Assembly (NCBI GenBank): GCA_900315555.1
Contig: OMZN01000018.1
Span: 24,467 to 88,466, forward strand
Length of the DNA: 64,000 nt
DNA from: an uncultured Eubacteriales bacterium
GTDB taxonomy: Bacteria > Bacillota > Clostridia > Peptostreptococcales > Anaerovoracaceae
Direction of reading: 5' to 3'
Made by a program: the position numbers and the translations under genes. This document shows positions 51,563 through 62,580 of this stretch, piece by piece; position 1 is the first letter of the stretch, and each line of letters starts with the position of its first letter. Below the pieces are notes generated by a model. That model had not been told where the DNA came from and did not search any database. It saw only the letters and a list, made by a program, of their open reading frames with translations.

Positions 51563-51994
51563 GTGTTCATGGGCAGCTATGAAAATTCAATAGATGCCAA
51601 AAGCAGGATGATCGTTCCTTCCAAGTTTCGCGAAGCTTTCCGGGGAAGATGTATCTTCACGCGGGGGTTTGATCAGTGTCTGAACATGTATACTGCCGAG
51701 GAATGGGAGCGGTTCTATGAGGAACTGAAGAAGCTTCCGCGTTCCAGCAAAGACGCTAGAAATTTTATACGGCATATGTTCAAGAATGCCGTCGAATGCG
51801 AGATCGACAAGCAGGGGAGAGTAACGATCCCTGCCAGACTGCGTACGTATGCCGGGATTGAGAAGGAACTGGTGACCGTTGGCACCGGTGACTATGTCGA
51901 GGTTTGGGCAAGGAACGTCTGGGAGGAAACCGTCGAGGAGGAAGAGCCTGACGGCAGTCAGCTGGCTGAGGGCATGGAGAAGTATGGAATATAA
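51563..51994 (+). CDS. mraZ: transcriptional regulator MraZ
   Basis: [22 protein letters not shown] and a second SpoVT/AbrB-like repeat, [16 protein letters not shown] start after TGGAGG. Confidence 0.93.
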   Translation: MFMGSYENSIDAKSRMIVPSKFREAFRGRCIFTRGFDQCLNMYTAEEWERFYEELKKLPRSSKDARNFIRHMFKNAVECEIDKQGRVTIPARLRTYAGIEKELVTVGTGDYVEVWARNVWEETVEEEEPDGSQLAEGMEKYGI

Positions 51995-52931
51995 GCATGT
52001 GCCTGTCCTGCTTTCGGAAGTGATAGAGAATCTATGCATCCGTCGAGATGGCATCTATGTTGACGGCACCTTGGGCGGCGGCGGCCATGCGGCAGAGATC
52101 TGCCGGCGGCTCGGCGAGCAGGGGCTTCTGCTGGGCATTGACCGGGATGAGGCCGCGCTTGCAGCAGCCGAAGAAAGGCTTGCCCACTTTCCCTGCAGGA
52201 AGGAATTCGTTAAGGCTAATGATACACAGATTAAACAGATCCTGACCTCACGCGGGATACAGGCCATCGATGGTGCGGTGCTGGATCTGGGCGTTTCCTC
52301 GTTTCAGCTGGACAACGGGGAGAGAGGATTTTCATATCAGCATGATGCGCCGCTGGATATGCGTATGGACCAGACGCAGGGATTCAGCGCCTACAATATA
52401 GTCAATGAATACAGCGAAGCCGAATTGACCAGGATCATTCGATCTTACGGCGAAGAACGATGGGCTGCGAGGATTGCCTCCTTTGTTGTACGGGAGAGAA
52501 AGCAGCATCCGATCGAAACGACGGGACAGCTGGTCGACATCATCAAGGCAGCCGTGCCGGCCGCGGCGAGAAGGGAAGGCCCGCACCCCGCCAAGCGGAC
52601 GTTTCAGGCGATCCGCATTGAGGTTAACGATGAACTGGCCGGTCTGGAAAAAACGGTGGAAGCGTTTATGGATGTGCTGGCACCGATGGGCCGCCTGTGC
52701 ATTATCACATTTCATTCGCTGGAGGACCGCATCGTCAAAGAGCATTTCGCAAAGCGCGAAAACCCCTGCACCTGCCCGCCGTCATTTCCTGTATGTGTAT
52801 GCGGCAAGGTGGGCGATGTCCGCAGGGTGATCAGGAAGCCGATGGCGGCTTCCGCAGAGGAAGTGGAAAAGAATCCCCGTGCACGCAGCGCTAAGCTTCG
52901 TGTTGTGGAAAAGAAGGAAAGAAGAGTATGA
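51984..52931 (+). CDS. rsmH: 16S rRNA (cytosine1402-N4)-methyltransferase
   Basis: [28 protein letters not shown] and [10 protein letters not shown]. Confidence 0.95.
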   Translation: MEYKHVPVLLSEVIENLCIRRDGIYVDGTLGGGGHAAEICRRLGEQGLLLGIDRDEAALAAAEERLAHFPCRKEFVKANDTQIKQILTSRGIQAIDGAVLDLGVSSFQLDNGERGFSYQHDAPLDMRMDQTQGFSAYNIVNEYSEAELTRIIRSYGEERWAARIASFVVRERKQHPIETTGQLVDIIKAAVPAAARREGPHPAKRTFQAIRIEVNDELAGLEKTVEAFMDVLAPMGRLCIITFHSLEDRIVKEHFAKRENPCTCPPSFPVCVCGKVGDVRRVIRKPMAASAEEVEKNPRARSAKLRVVEKKERRV

Positions 52932-53362
52932 GCAGCGTACAAAGCAATTACAGTCCCCGGCAGCAGCGCCGGAAAACGCCGCTTTGGACTGAACGGCGCG
53001 CGGGTGCCGGCAGACGCAGTACCGGCGTACTGAGTGCAGCGGAAAAAGGGCACATTCTGATATTGCTCGTGGCTATCGGCATTATTGGCATCGGCGTGAT
53101 TATCGCCGGTGCCTATGCAGCCATGGTCAATTATCATAACAATGAACTGAAGGAACAGAATGCTGCGCTGCAGAGTGAGGTGCAGAGCATGGAGATTGAT
53201 CTGGAGAGTGCAACCAACCTGGCCAACATCGAAAAGAAGGCCAGCAAGGAACTGGGGATGGTCTACCCGGACGGAGACAGTCTGGTCGTGATAAAAAAGT
53301 CCTCTTCTGCTTCGAAGGATACTGGTCTGGCTGCCAATCTGAAAAAGAATGCGTTCGAGTAG
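52928..53362 (+). CDS. ftsL: cell division protein FtsL-like (septum formation initiator)
   Basis: Position in the dcw cluster, a single TM segment, and a coiled coil ([19 protein letters not shown]). Confidence 0.7.
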   Translation: MSSVQSNYSPRQQRRKTPLWTERRAGAGRRSTGVLSAAEKGHILILLVAIGIIGIGVIIAGAYAAMVNYHNNELKEQNAALQSEVQSMEIDLESATNLANIEKKASKELGMVYPDGDSLVVIKKSSSASKDTGLAANLKKNAFE

Positions 53363-53475
53363 GGTGCGCAGTGGAAATGCTATCAAAAATTTCATATAAT
53401 GAAAAGCCGGACAGCAAGTTAATGGACCAGTAGTTTGTCTGGCTTTTCTATTGATACTGAGAATGGAGTGCTTGC

Positions 53476-55266
53476 ATGGCGCGCAGAAGAAGCGTTACAA
53501 TCGGTAATAAAAAGCGGATCATCATTGGTTTTCTGGTGTTTTGCTTTGTATTGCTGTGTCTGTGCATCAGAACCGGTTATGTGCAGGTGGTCAAAGGCGT
53601 CTCTTATGGAAAGAAGGCTGCGGCACAGCAGACCAAGGATGAAGTTGTGGCGTCCAATCGCGGTACCATTCAGGACCGCAATGGAGAAAGTCTGGCGATC
53701 AGCACCGTAAAGTATTCTGTCTGGGTCAGGCCTACATCGATACAGACCTCTTCGAAGGCTTCTGAAAACCAGAAGAAGCTTCATGCCACGGCGCACAAGC
53801 TCGCCGGCATCATCAAGGGCATGAGTGAAGAGGATATTTACAAGAAGATCAATGTCAAGACCTCGCTCGTCAAGGTGGCAAAATACCAGGATGTCAACGT
53901 GGCAGACAAGGTGCGCAGCGCAGGGCTGGATGGCGTGACGCTGACGCAGGAGACGAAGCGGTATTACCCGCTTGGCAATTTCGCATCGCAGCTCCTGGGA
54001 AGCGTTACTGATGACAACCATGGGCTGGCCGGCATCGAACAGTACTACGATGATACCCTTCGCGGGATTTACGGCCGCTCTATCAAGAATACCGATGCCT
54101 CTGGCAATTCGCTGACGTATGGAAACAGAGAATACCACAAGGCCAGGAACGGATACAATGTGGTGCTGACGATGGATGAAGTGATCCAAAGCTATGCAGA
54201 GGATCAGATCAAGAAAACCAAAAAGAGCACCGGCGCTTCACGGGTGAGCTGCCTTATAATGGATCCAAAAACGGGGGAAGTCCTGGCCATGGCGAGCACC
54301 GGCGGGTATGATCCTAATCATTCCAGGGAGCCCAGGACGAGTGACAAAGCTTCCTATGAAGCGATGAGCGAGAAGCAGAAGCTGGCTTACCTGAACAAGA
54401 TGTGGAGAAATCCTCTGGTCAATGACACGTATGAGCCGGGATCCACTTTCAAGCTTTTGACTACCGGCATGGCGCTGGAGGAGAAGGTGGTTAACGATAC
54501 CGAGACCTTTTCCTGCAACGGCGGGCTCAATGTCAACGGCACCTTCATCAAGTGCTGGATCAATCCGGGAAGCCACGGAACCGAGACCCTGAAGCAGGCG
54601 GTGGGAAACTCCTGCAATCCTGTCTTCATGCGGCTGGCACAGCGGGTCGGAAAGGATAAGTTCTACGAATACCTGGATCTCTTCGGTGTTACCTCGCGGA
54701 CCGGAATCGATTATCCCGGCGAGGCGCTGGCGCAGACCCAGCCAAAGAGCAAGGTGGGCAAGGTGGAACTCTCCACGATGGGGTTCGGACAGGGTATTGC
54801 GGTAACACCGATCCAGCTGCTGTCCACCATCTCTTCCTTCGGGAATGACGGCATGATGATGAAACCGCATCTTGTCAAGAAGATTACCGATCAGAAGGGG
54901 AAAACGGTCAGGACAATCAAGCCCAAGGCCATTCGTCAGACCGTTTCCAGGGAAAGCTGTGACAAGATCCTTGAATATATGGAGTATGTGGTCGCCAAGG
55001 GGGGCGGCAAGAAAGCACAGATCAAGGGCGTACGTGTCGGCGGCAAGACGGGGACGGCGCAGAAAAAGAGCGCTACCTCCAGCAAGTATACCGGGCGCAT
55101 TGCCAGCTTCTGCGGCATTGCACCGGTGAATGATCCCCAGCTGACGATTCTGTATATCGTGGATGAGCCGGAAGGCGATGTCTACGGCAGTGATGTGGCA
55201 GCACCGGCGGCGCAGAAGGTAATGAAAAAAACGCTGCGTTACATGCAGACCAGAGAAAACGATTAG
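53476..55266 (+). CDS. class B penicillin-binding protein (FtsI/PBP2B/SpoVD-type transpeptidase)
   Basis: N-terminal TM segment. PBP dimerisation domain RGTIQDRNGESLA. Active-site motifs STFK, SCN and KTGTA. Confidence 0.92.
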   Translation: MARRRSVTIGNKKRIIIGFLVFCFVLLCLCIRTGYVQVVKGVSYGKKAAAQQTKDEVVASNRGTIQDRNGESLAISTVKYSVWVRPTSIQTSSKASENQKKLHATAHKLAGIIKGMSEEDIYKKINVKTSLVKVAKYQDVNVADKVRSAGLDGVTLTQETKRYYPLGNFASQLLGSVTDDNHGLAGIEQYYDDTLRGIYGRSIKNTDASGNSLTYGNREYHKARNGYNVVLTMDEVIQSYAEDQIKKTKKSTGASRVSCLIMDPKTGEVLAMASTGGYDPNHSREPRTSDKASYEAMSEKQKLAYLNKMWRNPLVNDTYEPGSTFKLLTTGMALEEKVVNDTETFSCNGGLNVNGTFIKCWINPGSHGTETLKQAVGNSCNPVFMRLAQRVGKDKFYEYLDLFGVTSRTGIDYPGEALAQTQPKSKVGKVELSTMGFGQGIAVTPIQLLSTISSFGNDGMMMKPHLVKKITDQKGKTVRTIKPKAIRQTVSRESCDKILEYMEYVVAKGGGKKAQIKGVRVGGKTGTAQKKSATSSKYTGRIASFCGIAPVNDPQLTILYIVDEPEGDVYGSDVAAPAAQKVMKKTLRYMQTREND

Positions 55267-55281
55267 AAAGCGATACCAATT

Positions 55282-56658
55282 ATGAAAGCAATGACACTAG
55301 ATACTGTGGTGGCGGCAGTCCATGGACAGCTGATCCGGGGAACAGGGGAACACAGCGTGGCCCGTGTTTCTCATGATTCCCGCAAAGCAGGCGAGGGTGA
55401 TCTCTTTTTCGCCATCATCGGGGATCGTTTCGATGGCCATGATTTCATCAGCCGGGCGGCGGAGAACGGCTGCAGAAGCTTCATCATCTCACATACCCGG
55501 TGGATACAGGAAGGCGAAGCCGAGGGATTGGATCTGATCCTGGTAGAAGATACCAGAAAGGCACTGCAGGAGCTGGCCGCCTGGTCTGTCCGTGATATGG
55601 GGCTGCTGACCATCGGCATTACCGGCAGCACCGGCAAGACCAGCACCAAAGACATGATGTACTATGTGTGTTCGCAGAAATATAAGACCGGACGCACGCT
55701 TGGCAATTTCAACAATGATATCGGTATGCCGCTGACAGTTCTCTCCTTCCCGGAGGACACCGAGGCTGCCGTGCTGGAGATGGGCATGGATCATTTCGGT
55801 GAGATTGATACGCTGGCGCGGATTGCGCGTCCCCGCATCGCCCTGATCACCAACATAGGCATTTCCCATATGGAAAACCTCGGAAGCCGGGAAGGCATCA
55901 TGAAGGCCAAGATGGAAATTACCAACTACTTCGATGAAAACAGCACCCTGATCATCAGCACCGGCAAAGATTTACTGCGGCGGGAAAATATCAGGGGATC
56001 TTACCGCCTGGTTACGACGGGAACCGAAGAGACCGATGATTATGTGATCGCCGGCGTGCGCGATGCGGAAGACGGCGGGATTTCCTTCACGATGCATCAT
56101 GGAGGAGACGAGCAGGCCTTTCATCTGCCGGTGCCCGGCCGTCACAATGCACTGAATGCGGCACTGGCCGTAGCAGCCGGAGAACTCCTGGGCATTCCCA
56201 TGAGACAGGCAGCCGATGCACTGCGGCATATGACACTGACCGGCGGACGGCTTACGATGAAGAAAAACAAAGATCTGCTCATCATTGATGATACCTACAA
56301 TGCCAGTCCTGATTCTATGCACAGCGCAGTTGATGTCCTTTCCTCTGTTAAAGGCAAGCGGCATATTGCCATCTTCGGGGATATGTATGAACTGGGCAAG
56401 GACAGCCCGTCCTGGCACCGGGAGGTGGGCGCGTATGCGGCCTCTAAAGACGTGGAAGCTGTCTATGCGATAGGTGATGAAGCTCGATACATTGCTCTTG
56501 GAGCCGGCGAGAAGGGAAGCTACTTTGCGAGCAAGCAGGCTTTCTGCGAGGATCTTCGACGCCGCATCGGCAGGAATGCGGCCGTCCTGGTGAAGGGCTC
56601 ACGCGGCATGGCCATGGAGGAGATTGTTGCGGCGCTTGTTGATATGGAAAGAGAGTAG
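55282..56658 (+). CDS. murF: UDP-N-acetylmuramoyl-tripeptide--D-alanyl-D-alanine ligase
   Basis: GITGSTGKTSTK P-loop and DDTYNASP. Confidence 0.93.
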   Translation: MKAMTLDTVVAAVHGQLIRGTGEHSVARVSHDSRKAGEGDLFFAIIGDRFDGHDFISRAAENGCRSFIISHTRWIQEGEAEGLDLILVEDTRKALQELAAWSVRDMGLLTIGITGSTGKTSTKDMMYYVCSQKYKTGRTLGNFNNDIGMPLTVLSFPEDTEAAVLEMGMDHFGEIDTLARIARPRIALITNIGISHMENLGSREGIMKAKMEITNYFDENSTLIISTGKDLLRRENIRGSYRLVTTGTEETDDYVIAGVRDAEDGGISFTMHHGGDEQAFHLPVPGRHNALNAALAVAAGELLGIPMRQAADALRHMTLTGGRLTMKKNKDLLIIDDTYNASPDSMHSAVDVLSSVKGKRHIAIFGDMYELGKDSPSWHREVGAYAASKDVEAVYAIGDEARYIALGAGEKGSYFASKQAFCEDLRRRIGRNAAVLVKGSRGMAMEEIVAALVDMERE

Positions 56659-56664
56659 GAATCC

Positions 56665-57648
56665 ATGATACGTTATATGATAACATTATCGATATTGATA
56701 CCGGGACTGGCCGGCTTTGTGGTCGCCGTCATTCTGACATATTTTCTGATTCCTATCCTCAAGAGGATGGCTGGACAGAATATCCGTGAAGAGGGTCCGC
56801 AGGCGCACAAGGCCAAGGCGGGAACACCTTCCATGGGCGGCATGGCCATTATTGCGGCGATTATTGTGGCCTATCTGTGCGGCAGAACGTATACCGGCAG
56901 CGGGGCGATGATTGTGCTGTGTCTCCTTCTGTTCGGCGCCATCGGCTTTCTCGATGACTGGCTGAAGGTGGTTAAAAAACAAAACGAAGGATTGAAGGCC
57001 TGGCAGAAATTTGGTCTGCAGTTCCTTGTAGCGATAGGCATCGCGGTGTATGTAGCGGTGTTCAGCGAGCTGGGGACGGATGTCTACATCCCCTTCGCGA
57101 AAAGGATGGTGGATTTCGGCGGATGGTACATTCCGTTCATCGTATTTACCATTTTAGCCATGGTCAATGCCGTGAATCTGACAGATGGACTGGACGGCCT
57201 GGCATCAGGGGTGACGGCCATCGTCGCCTTTGCCATGACCTTGCTTGCGATACACTTCACTGCAGCAATACTGGATTTTTCGGCGACGATGAGCATGGCA
57301 GGCACGACCGGCGCTTGTCTGGGATTCCTTGTCTGGAACAGAAATCCGGCCAAGGTGTTTATGGGCGATACAGGATCTTTGGCGCTGGGCGGTGTGATTA
57401 CGGGAGCCGCCATTGCAATGAAAATGGAACTCCTGCTGCCTATCATGGGACTGATCTATGTGCTGGAAGTGCTTTCGGTGTGTATTCAGGTGAGCTATTT
57501 CAAGGCGACGCACGGCAGGCGTCTGTTCCGGATGACACCGCTTCATCATCATTTCGAGCTTTCCGGGATGAGTGAACGCAAAGTGGTCGCTATGTTCTGG
57601 ATTGCCACCGGCATCTTCTGCTGTGTGGGCATGCTGGCGGCGTGGTAG
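56665..57648 (+). CDS. mraY: phospho-N-acetylmuramoyl-pentapeptide transferase
   Basis: K.GTPSMGG, NLTDGLDGLA, FMGDTGSLALGG and PLHHHFE. Confidence 0.95.
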   Translation: MIRYMITLSILIPGLAGFVVAVILTYFLIPILKRMAGQNIREEGPQAHKAKAGTPSMGGMAIIAAIIVAYLCGRTYTGSGAMIVLCLLLFGAIGFLDDWLKVVKKQNEGLKAWQKFGLQFLVAIGIAVYVAVFSELGTDVYIPFAKRMVDFGGWYIPFIVFTILAMVNAVNLTDGLDGLASGVTAIVAFAMTLLAIHFTAAILDFSATMSMAGTTGACLGFLVWNRNPAKVFMGDTGSLALGGVITGAAIAMKMELLLPIMGLIYVLEVLSVCIQVSYFKATHGRRLFRMTPLHHHFELSGMSERKVVAMFWIATGIFCCVGMLAAW

Positions 57649-57702
57649 GAAATATAAAAAAGATTGGAAGAAGGGTCGGAAGGAGGCCCGATCAGAAGAG
57701 CA

Positions 57703-59085
57703 ATGAAGGAAGAGACAATCAAGGGTAAAAAAATTCTGGTGGTCGGATTGGGAAAATCCGGCATGGCGGCGTGCAGGGTCTTGTCGCAGTGCGGAGCAAG
57801 GGTCTATGCACAGGATGCCGCTTCGCGCAGAGATACAGGGGCAGATAAGCTCAGGTTTCTGCAGGAGCATGGGATTACTGCCTATCTGGGCCGGGATCCT
57901 GAGGACATTGGTTCTTTTGACATGGTGGTGCTTTCACCGGCGGTACCGCCGAATCTGCCTTTTGTGGAGCAGGCCAGGGAGGCTGGTGCGGAGATCACCG
58001 GTGAGCTGGAGCTGGCATACCGGCTCTGTCCCGGCAGATTTGTTGCCATCACAGGCACCAACGGAAAGACCACGACCACGTCGCTGGTCGGAGAGATCTA
58101 TAAGCAGGCCGGCCTGAAGCATTTTGTTGTCGGCAATATCGGTGTCGCTGCACTGGATAAGGCCCTGGAAGCCGATGAGGAGACGACGATGGTCACTGAG
58201 GTTTCAAGCTTTCAGCTGGAGACGATCGATCGCTTTCAGCCGGAGGTCTCGGCTATCCTGAACATCACGCCGGATCACCTTAACAGGCACGGCACCATGG
58301 AGGGCTATAAAGCGGCGAAGGCCAGAATCTTTGAAAATCAGACCGAAGACCAGTATGTGATCATGAACTTCGATGACAAGGAGAGCTTTGCACTCGCCAA
58401 ATCAGCAAAAGCCATCATCGTGCCGTTCAGCAGAAAAGAGCATTTGATGTTCGGGGCCTTCGTGAAGAACGATCGCCTGGTGATCCGCAATCATGAGGAA
58501 AAACTCATTGACCTCTGCGGTGTTGATGAACTGAAAATTCCCGGAACCCACAACTTGGAAAATGCACTTGCTGCCGCTGCGATCTGCTATTTTGCGGGGG
58601 TTGCTCCACAGGCGATTCGGGCGGGGCTCATCGCCTTTCCGGGCGTGGCGCATCGTATTGAAGACTGCGGAGAGATCGACGGTGTCCGCTACTTCAATGA
58701 TTCCAAGGGAACCAATCCGGATGCTGCCATCAAGGCGGTGGAAGCTATGGACGGGCCGGTTATTCTCATTGCCGGAGGCTACGACAAGGATGCCGTATTC
58801 GATCAGTTGGTTGCCTCCTTCGGCGGCAAAGTCAGGAAGGTCATTCTGATGGGCGCCACGGCTGCCAAGATCAAGCTGACGGCAGAAAGGATGGGGTATA
58901 CCCATACGATTATCATGAAAGATATGGAGGACTGTGTCAGGGAAGCGGCACGTCTTGCTGTGCCGGGCGACTGCGTCCTGCTGTCACCGGCATGTGCCAG
59001 CTGGGATATGTACGATAATTTTGAACAGCGCGGAGACCATTTCAAGGACTGCGTTGAAAGGCTGAGAACGGCATGGCGGAAGTGA
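57703..59085 (+). CDS. murD: UDP-N-acetylmuramoylalanine--D-glutamate ligase
   Basis: VVGLGKSGMAA and GTNGKTTTTS. The start could be the ATG at 57703 or the upstream TTG at 57664. Confidence 0.92.
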   Translation: MKEETIKGKKILVVGLGKSGMAACRVLSQCGARVYAQDAASRRDTGADKLRFLQEHGITAYLGRDPEDIGSFDMVVLSPAVPPNLPFVEQAREAGAEITGELELAYRLCPGRFVAITGTNGKTTTTSLVGEIYKQAGLKHFVVGNIGVAALDKALEADEETTMVTEVSSFQLETIDRFQPEVSAILNITPDHLNRHGTMEGYKAAKARIFENQTEDQYVIMNFDDKESFALAKSAKAIIVPFSRKEHLMFGAFVKNDRLVIRNHEEKLIDLCGVDELKIPGTHNLENALAAAAICYFAGVAPQAIRAGLIAFPGVAHRIEDCGEIDGVRYFNDSKGTNPDAAIKAVEAMDGPVILIAGGYDKDAVFDQLVASFGGKVRKVILMGATAAKIKLTAERMGYTHTIIMKDMEDCVREAARLAVPGDCVLLSPACASWDMYDNFEQRGDHFKDCVERLRTAWRK

Positions 59086-60224
59086 AGAGAAGACAACGGA
59101 GAAAGAACCGGAAAAAGCTGGTTCCCGGCGATTTCTGGTTTACCGTACTGGTGCTGGCGCTGGTAATCTTCGGCGTGATCATGGTATTCAGTGCGAGTTA
59201 TTACTCTGCATTGAACACCAGCGGGTCGCCGTACACCTATCTGATCAGGGACCTGATCTTTGCGGTGTCGGGCTTTGGCATTATGATTCTCTTCGCTATG
59301 ATCGACTATCATAAATTTATGAAGTGGGCGCCCTATCTTTTGCTGCTGAGCATCCTGCTGCTGGTTCTGGTGGTGACGCCGCTGGGCACGGAGGTGAACG
59401 GTGCCAAGCGGTGGCTCGGCGCAGGTGTTCTCTCCATCATGCCGGGAGAAATTGCCAAGATCTGTGCGATCCTGGCAGTGGCCGCTTACTTTGGAAGCGA
59501 TCCGGGAAGGATCCTGTCCTTTAGGCGCGGTGTCCTGCCCATGATCGCTCTGATCGGCCTTCTGTGCGGTCTGGTCATGCTGCAGCCCAACATGTCGACA
59601 GCGATCACAATCGCCGGCATTATCGTGATTATGATGTTTGTCGCAGGCATGCAGTATCGCTACCTGATCGGCTTATTTGTTCTCGGAGGCGCAGGCATCG
59701 GGGCGCTGATTCTTGCACCTGGCGGAGAATACCGTCTGTCGCGTGTGACCACGTTTCTGGATCCTTTTAAGGACGCTTCCGGGGAAGGGTATCAGGTGGT
59801 GCAGTCCCTTCTGGCGCTGGGCTCAGGCGGTATTTTTGGTGTGGGCCTGGGCAAGAGTGTACAAAAGACGCTCTATCTTCCGGAACCGCAGAATGATTTT
59901 ATCCTGGCGGTGATCGGAGAAGAACTGGGATTCATCGGCATCCTGATTCTGATGACGGTATATCTGCTGCTGATCTGGCGGGGCATACGGATTGCCCTGC
60001 AGGCGCCGGACCGGTTCGGTATGCTTCTGGCCAGCGGAATCACAAGCATGATCGGCCTGCAGGTTATCCTCAATGTGGCCGTCGTCACCTCGTCGATGCC
60101 GGCGACGGGCGTCATCCTGCCTTTTGTGAGTTATGGTGGTAATGCGCTGTGGCTGTTTATGCTGGCTGCAGGCATCATGTTGAATATTTCTCGTCATAGT
60201 AAAGAAGGTGTGCAGAAAAGATGA
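59073..60224 (+). CDS. ftsW: peptidoglycan glycosyltransferase FtsW/SpoVE (SEDS family)
   Basis: 10-TM SEDS protein with LPEPQNDFI and PFVSYGG motifs. Confidence 0.92.
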   Translation: MAEVKRRQRRKNRKKLVPGDFWFTVLVLALVIFGVIMVFSASYYSALNTSGSPYTYLIRDLIFAVSGFGIMILFAMIDYHKFMKWAPYLLLLSILLLVLVVTPLGTEVNGAKRWLGAGVLSIMPGEIAKICAILAVAAYFGSDPGRILSFRRGVLPMIALIGLLCGLVMLQPNMSTAITIAGIIVIMMFVAGMQYRYLIGLFVLGGAGIGALILAPGGEYRLSRVTTFLDPFKDASGEGYQVVQSLLALGSGGIFGVGLGKSVQKTLYLPEPQNDFILAVIGEELGFIGILILMTVYLLLIWRGIRIALQAPDRFGMLLASGITSMIGLQVILNVAVVTSSMPATGVILPFVSYGGNALWLFMLAAGIMLNISRHSKEGVQKR

Positions 60225-61321
60225 AAGTAATTATGACCGGCGGCGGTACCGGTGGCCACATCTACCCGGCAATCGCCATTGCAGACAAAATTGTGGAAAG
60301 ATCCTACAGTGCCGAGATCCTTTTTGTCGGTACAAAGCGGGGCATGGAAAAGGATCTTGTCCCCTCCCGCGGCTATGAGATCCGCTTTATCGACGTGCAG
60401 GGACTTGATCGGCACAATATGTTTCGAAACATCAAGACAGCGTACAAGTATTTGCGCAGCAGGAAACAGGCGGAGGAAATCATTGAATCGTTCGATCCGG
60501 ATGCGGTCATCGGCACCGGCGGCTATGTGTGCGGACCGGTAGTCAGTGCTGCCGCTTCGATAGGTGTCAAGTGCTACATCCAGGAGCAGAATGCATTCCC
60601 CGGTCTGACCAACAAGATGCTTGAGCGCAAGGTGGAAAACGTCTTTCTCGGCTTTGAAGATGCGGGAAAGTATTTCAAATACCCGGAAAAGCATATCGTT
60701 ACCGGCAATCCGGTCCGCAGTGACTTTTTTACTACGGAGCGGAAGGAGGCCAGGGAGGCGCTCGGTATCGGAGAGGACGATTTCGTGCTGCTGGCCTTCG
60801 GGGGTAGTCTGGGTGCCAGCAGGATCAATCGCGCTATGATCGATGTCATCCGGCAGTACAGCGGCCAAAGCGGGATTCAGGTTTTCTTCGGTACCGGGAA
60901 GAACTACTACGATCCCGTGGTGGCCGATCTGCACAGTATAGGCGTGGAATCCGGCGGAAACATCCATGTGAAACAGTATATCGATCATATGGAGCAGTAT
61001 CTGGCGGCCTGCGATCTTGCCGTTACGCGCAGCGGTGCATTGACTGTTTCCGAGATCGCTGTCAGCGGCAGGGCGTCTGTGCTGATCCCTTCTCCGAACG
61101 TGACGGGAGATCATCAGACATACAATGCCAGGGCACTTTCCGACAAAGGAGCGGCTATTCTCCTGCCGGAGAAGAAGCTGGCCGAGGACAGTTCCCTGCT
61201 GCTGCAGGAGATCGAGACACTGCGCAAGGACAAAGCTTACCGGGAGGGTATGGCATCCAAGGCGCGTTCACTGGCGCCGAATGATGCTGCCGATATTATT
61301 TATTACAGTCTGTTGACGTAA
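60221..61321 (+). CDS. murG: undecaprenyldiphospho-muramoylpentapeptide beta-N-acetylglucosaminyltransferase
   Basis: GGGTGGHIYPAIA, GTGGYV and HQTYNA motifs. Confidence 0.93.
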   Translation: MKVIMTGGGTGGHIYPAIAIADKIVERSYSAEILFVGTKRGMEKDLVPSRGYEIRFIDVQGLDRHNMFRNIKTAYKYLRSRKQAEEIIESFDPDAVIGTGGYVCGPVVSAAASIGVKCYIQEQNAFPGLTNKMLERKVENVFLGFEDAGKYFKYPEKHIVTGNPVRSDFFTTERKEAREALGIGEDDFVLLAFGGSLGASRINRAMIDVIRQYSGQSGIQVFFGTGKNYYDPVVADLHSIGVESGGNIHVKQYIDHMEQYLAACDLAVTRSGALTVSEIAVSGRASVLIPSPNVTGDHQTYNARALSDKGAAILLPEKKLAEDSSLLLQEIETLRKDKAYREGMASKARSLAPNDAADIIYYSLLT

Positions 61322-61326
61322 CGAAA

Positions 61327-62502
61327 GTGAGTTTCATGGACGATAAGGAGATCACAACACCGGACACCAAGAGTTTTGATGAGCAGTACGGCGAGCAGAT
61401 GCGCAGGGAGCTGAAGCGCCAGAAGGAGGAAGCTGCGGAAGAGGGGCAGTCTCTTTTCGAGGTGCTGCAGGAGGAGGCACAGACCGGCAGCCGTGCGGGC
61501 GAGGATCGTTATGGTTACGACGCCCTGCCCAACAAAAAAGATTTCATCTGCCGGGAAGAGTCTGATGATCTGCCGTCTATAGAGCCCGGAGAGCCTGCAT
61601 CAAAGGAAAATCCATCTTCCTTTGGGCAGGCTGATCCTGCTGTTCATGCGGGCCGGTCCGAAGAGGAAATACCGCAGGACGGGGACGACACGATGGATGG
61701 CGGTGAGCCTCTGCCTGAAGATGCGGCAGCTGCCTTGGCTGAGGATGATGAGAGCGGCAGCGGCAGGCCGGCATGCAGAAGACGCCGCAAAAAGCACGGC
61801 TGTCTGATCTCCCTTATTATCATCTTTGTTGTGGCGGCTTTGCTGGTGACAGCTAACACGCCGCTTTTCGCCATACAAAAAATCAAGGTCAGCGGCAATG
61901 AGAATTACACAGCGGATGAAATTATCGCCATGTCCGGCATCAAGAAGGGCGATAATCTTTTTCGTACCAGGAAGGGCCGCATTGAAAAAAATCTGAAGCA
62001 GGGATCCTATATCCGGTCTGTCGTGATAGACAAGAAACTGCCGGATACGATCACCCTGCGCGTGAAGGAACGCACACCGGCGGCTTTTGTTCGCTATGGA
62101 AGCCAGTATGTGATTCTCGACAGCCGGGGCTATGTCCTGCGCTGGGATACGAAAGTGCCCAAGCTGACGGAGATCGATGGCATGACGATCAAGAGCATGG
62201 CAAAGGGGAAGCGGCTGGAGGTCAGTGCAGCGGAGATGCTCAGGCAGTGTCTCGCCATTATTTCGGCCATGGAAAAGGGGGATCTGTTTTTCAAGCGGCT
62301 GAAGCCGGGAAAGGTGCTGATCAAGGCGTATATTTATGACAACCTGGTTTGCCGCGGTACGCCGAAGAATCTGCTTGCTGCTATCAAGGACGGTTCCCTG
62401 AAGGGAATTCTTTCCGATTTGTACGAAAAAAAGAAGAAAAAAGGCACGTTGTATATCGGCAGCGGCAGTTATGTTTCCTTTACGCCCAAGGTGGCAAAAT
62501 GA
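61327..62502 (+). CDS. ftsQ: cell division protein FtsQ/DivIB with about 160-aa acidic N-terminal extension
   Basis: TM segment LISLIIIFVVAALLV followed by POTRA-like IQKIKVSGNENYTADEI. The start could be the GTG at 61327 or the ATG at 61336. Confidence 0.8.
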   Translation: MSFMDDKEITTPDTKSFDEQYGEQMRRELKRQKEEAAEEGQSLFEVLQEEAQTGSRAGEDRYGYDALPNKKDFICREESDDLPSIEPGEPASKENPSSFGQADPAVHAGRSEEEIPQDGDDTMDGGEPLPEDAAAALAEDDESGSGRPACRRRRKKHGCLISLIIIFVVAALLVTANTPLFAIQKIKVSGNENYTADEIIAMSGIKKGDNLFRTRKGRIEKNLKQGSYIRSVVIDKKLPDTITLRVKERTPAAFVRYGSQYVILDSRGYVLRWDTKVPKLTEIDGMTIKSMAKGKRLEVSAAEMLRQCLAIISAMEKGDLFFKRLKPGKVLIKAYIYDNLVCRGTPKNLLAAIKDGSLKGILSDLYEKKKKKGTLYIGSGSYVSFTPKVAK

Positions 62503-62580
62503 TGGAAAACGGGTGCAAGCCCATGGCATTTATGATATAATCTAGAAAGTTTATAACAGAGTTTCGGGAGGGCGCAATCC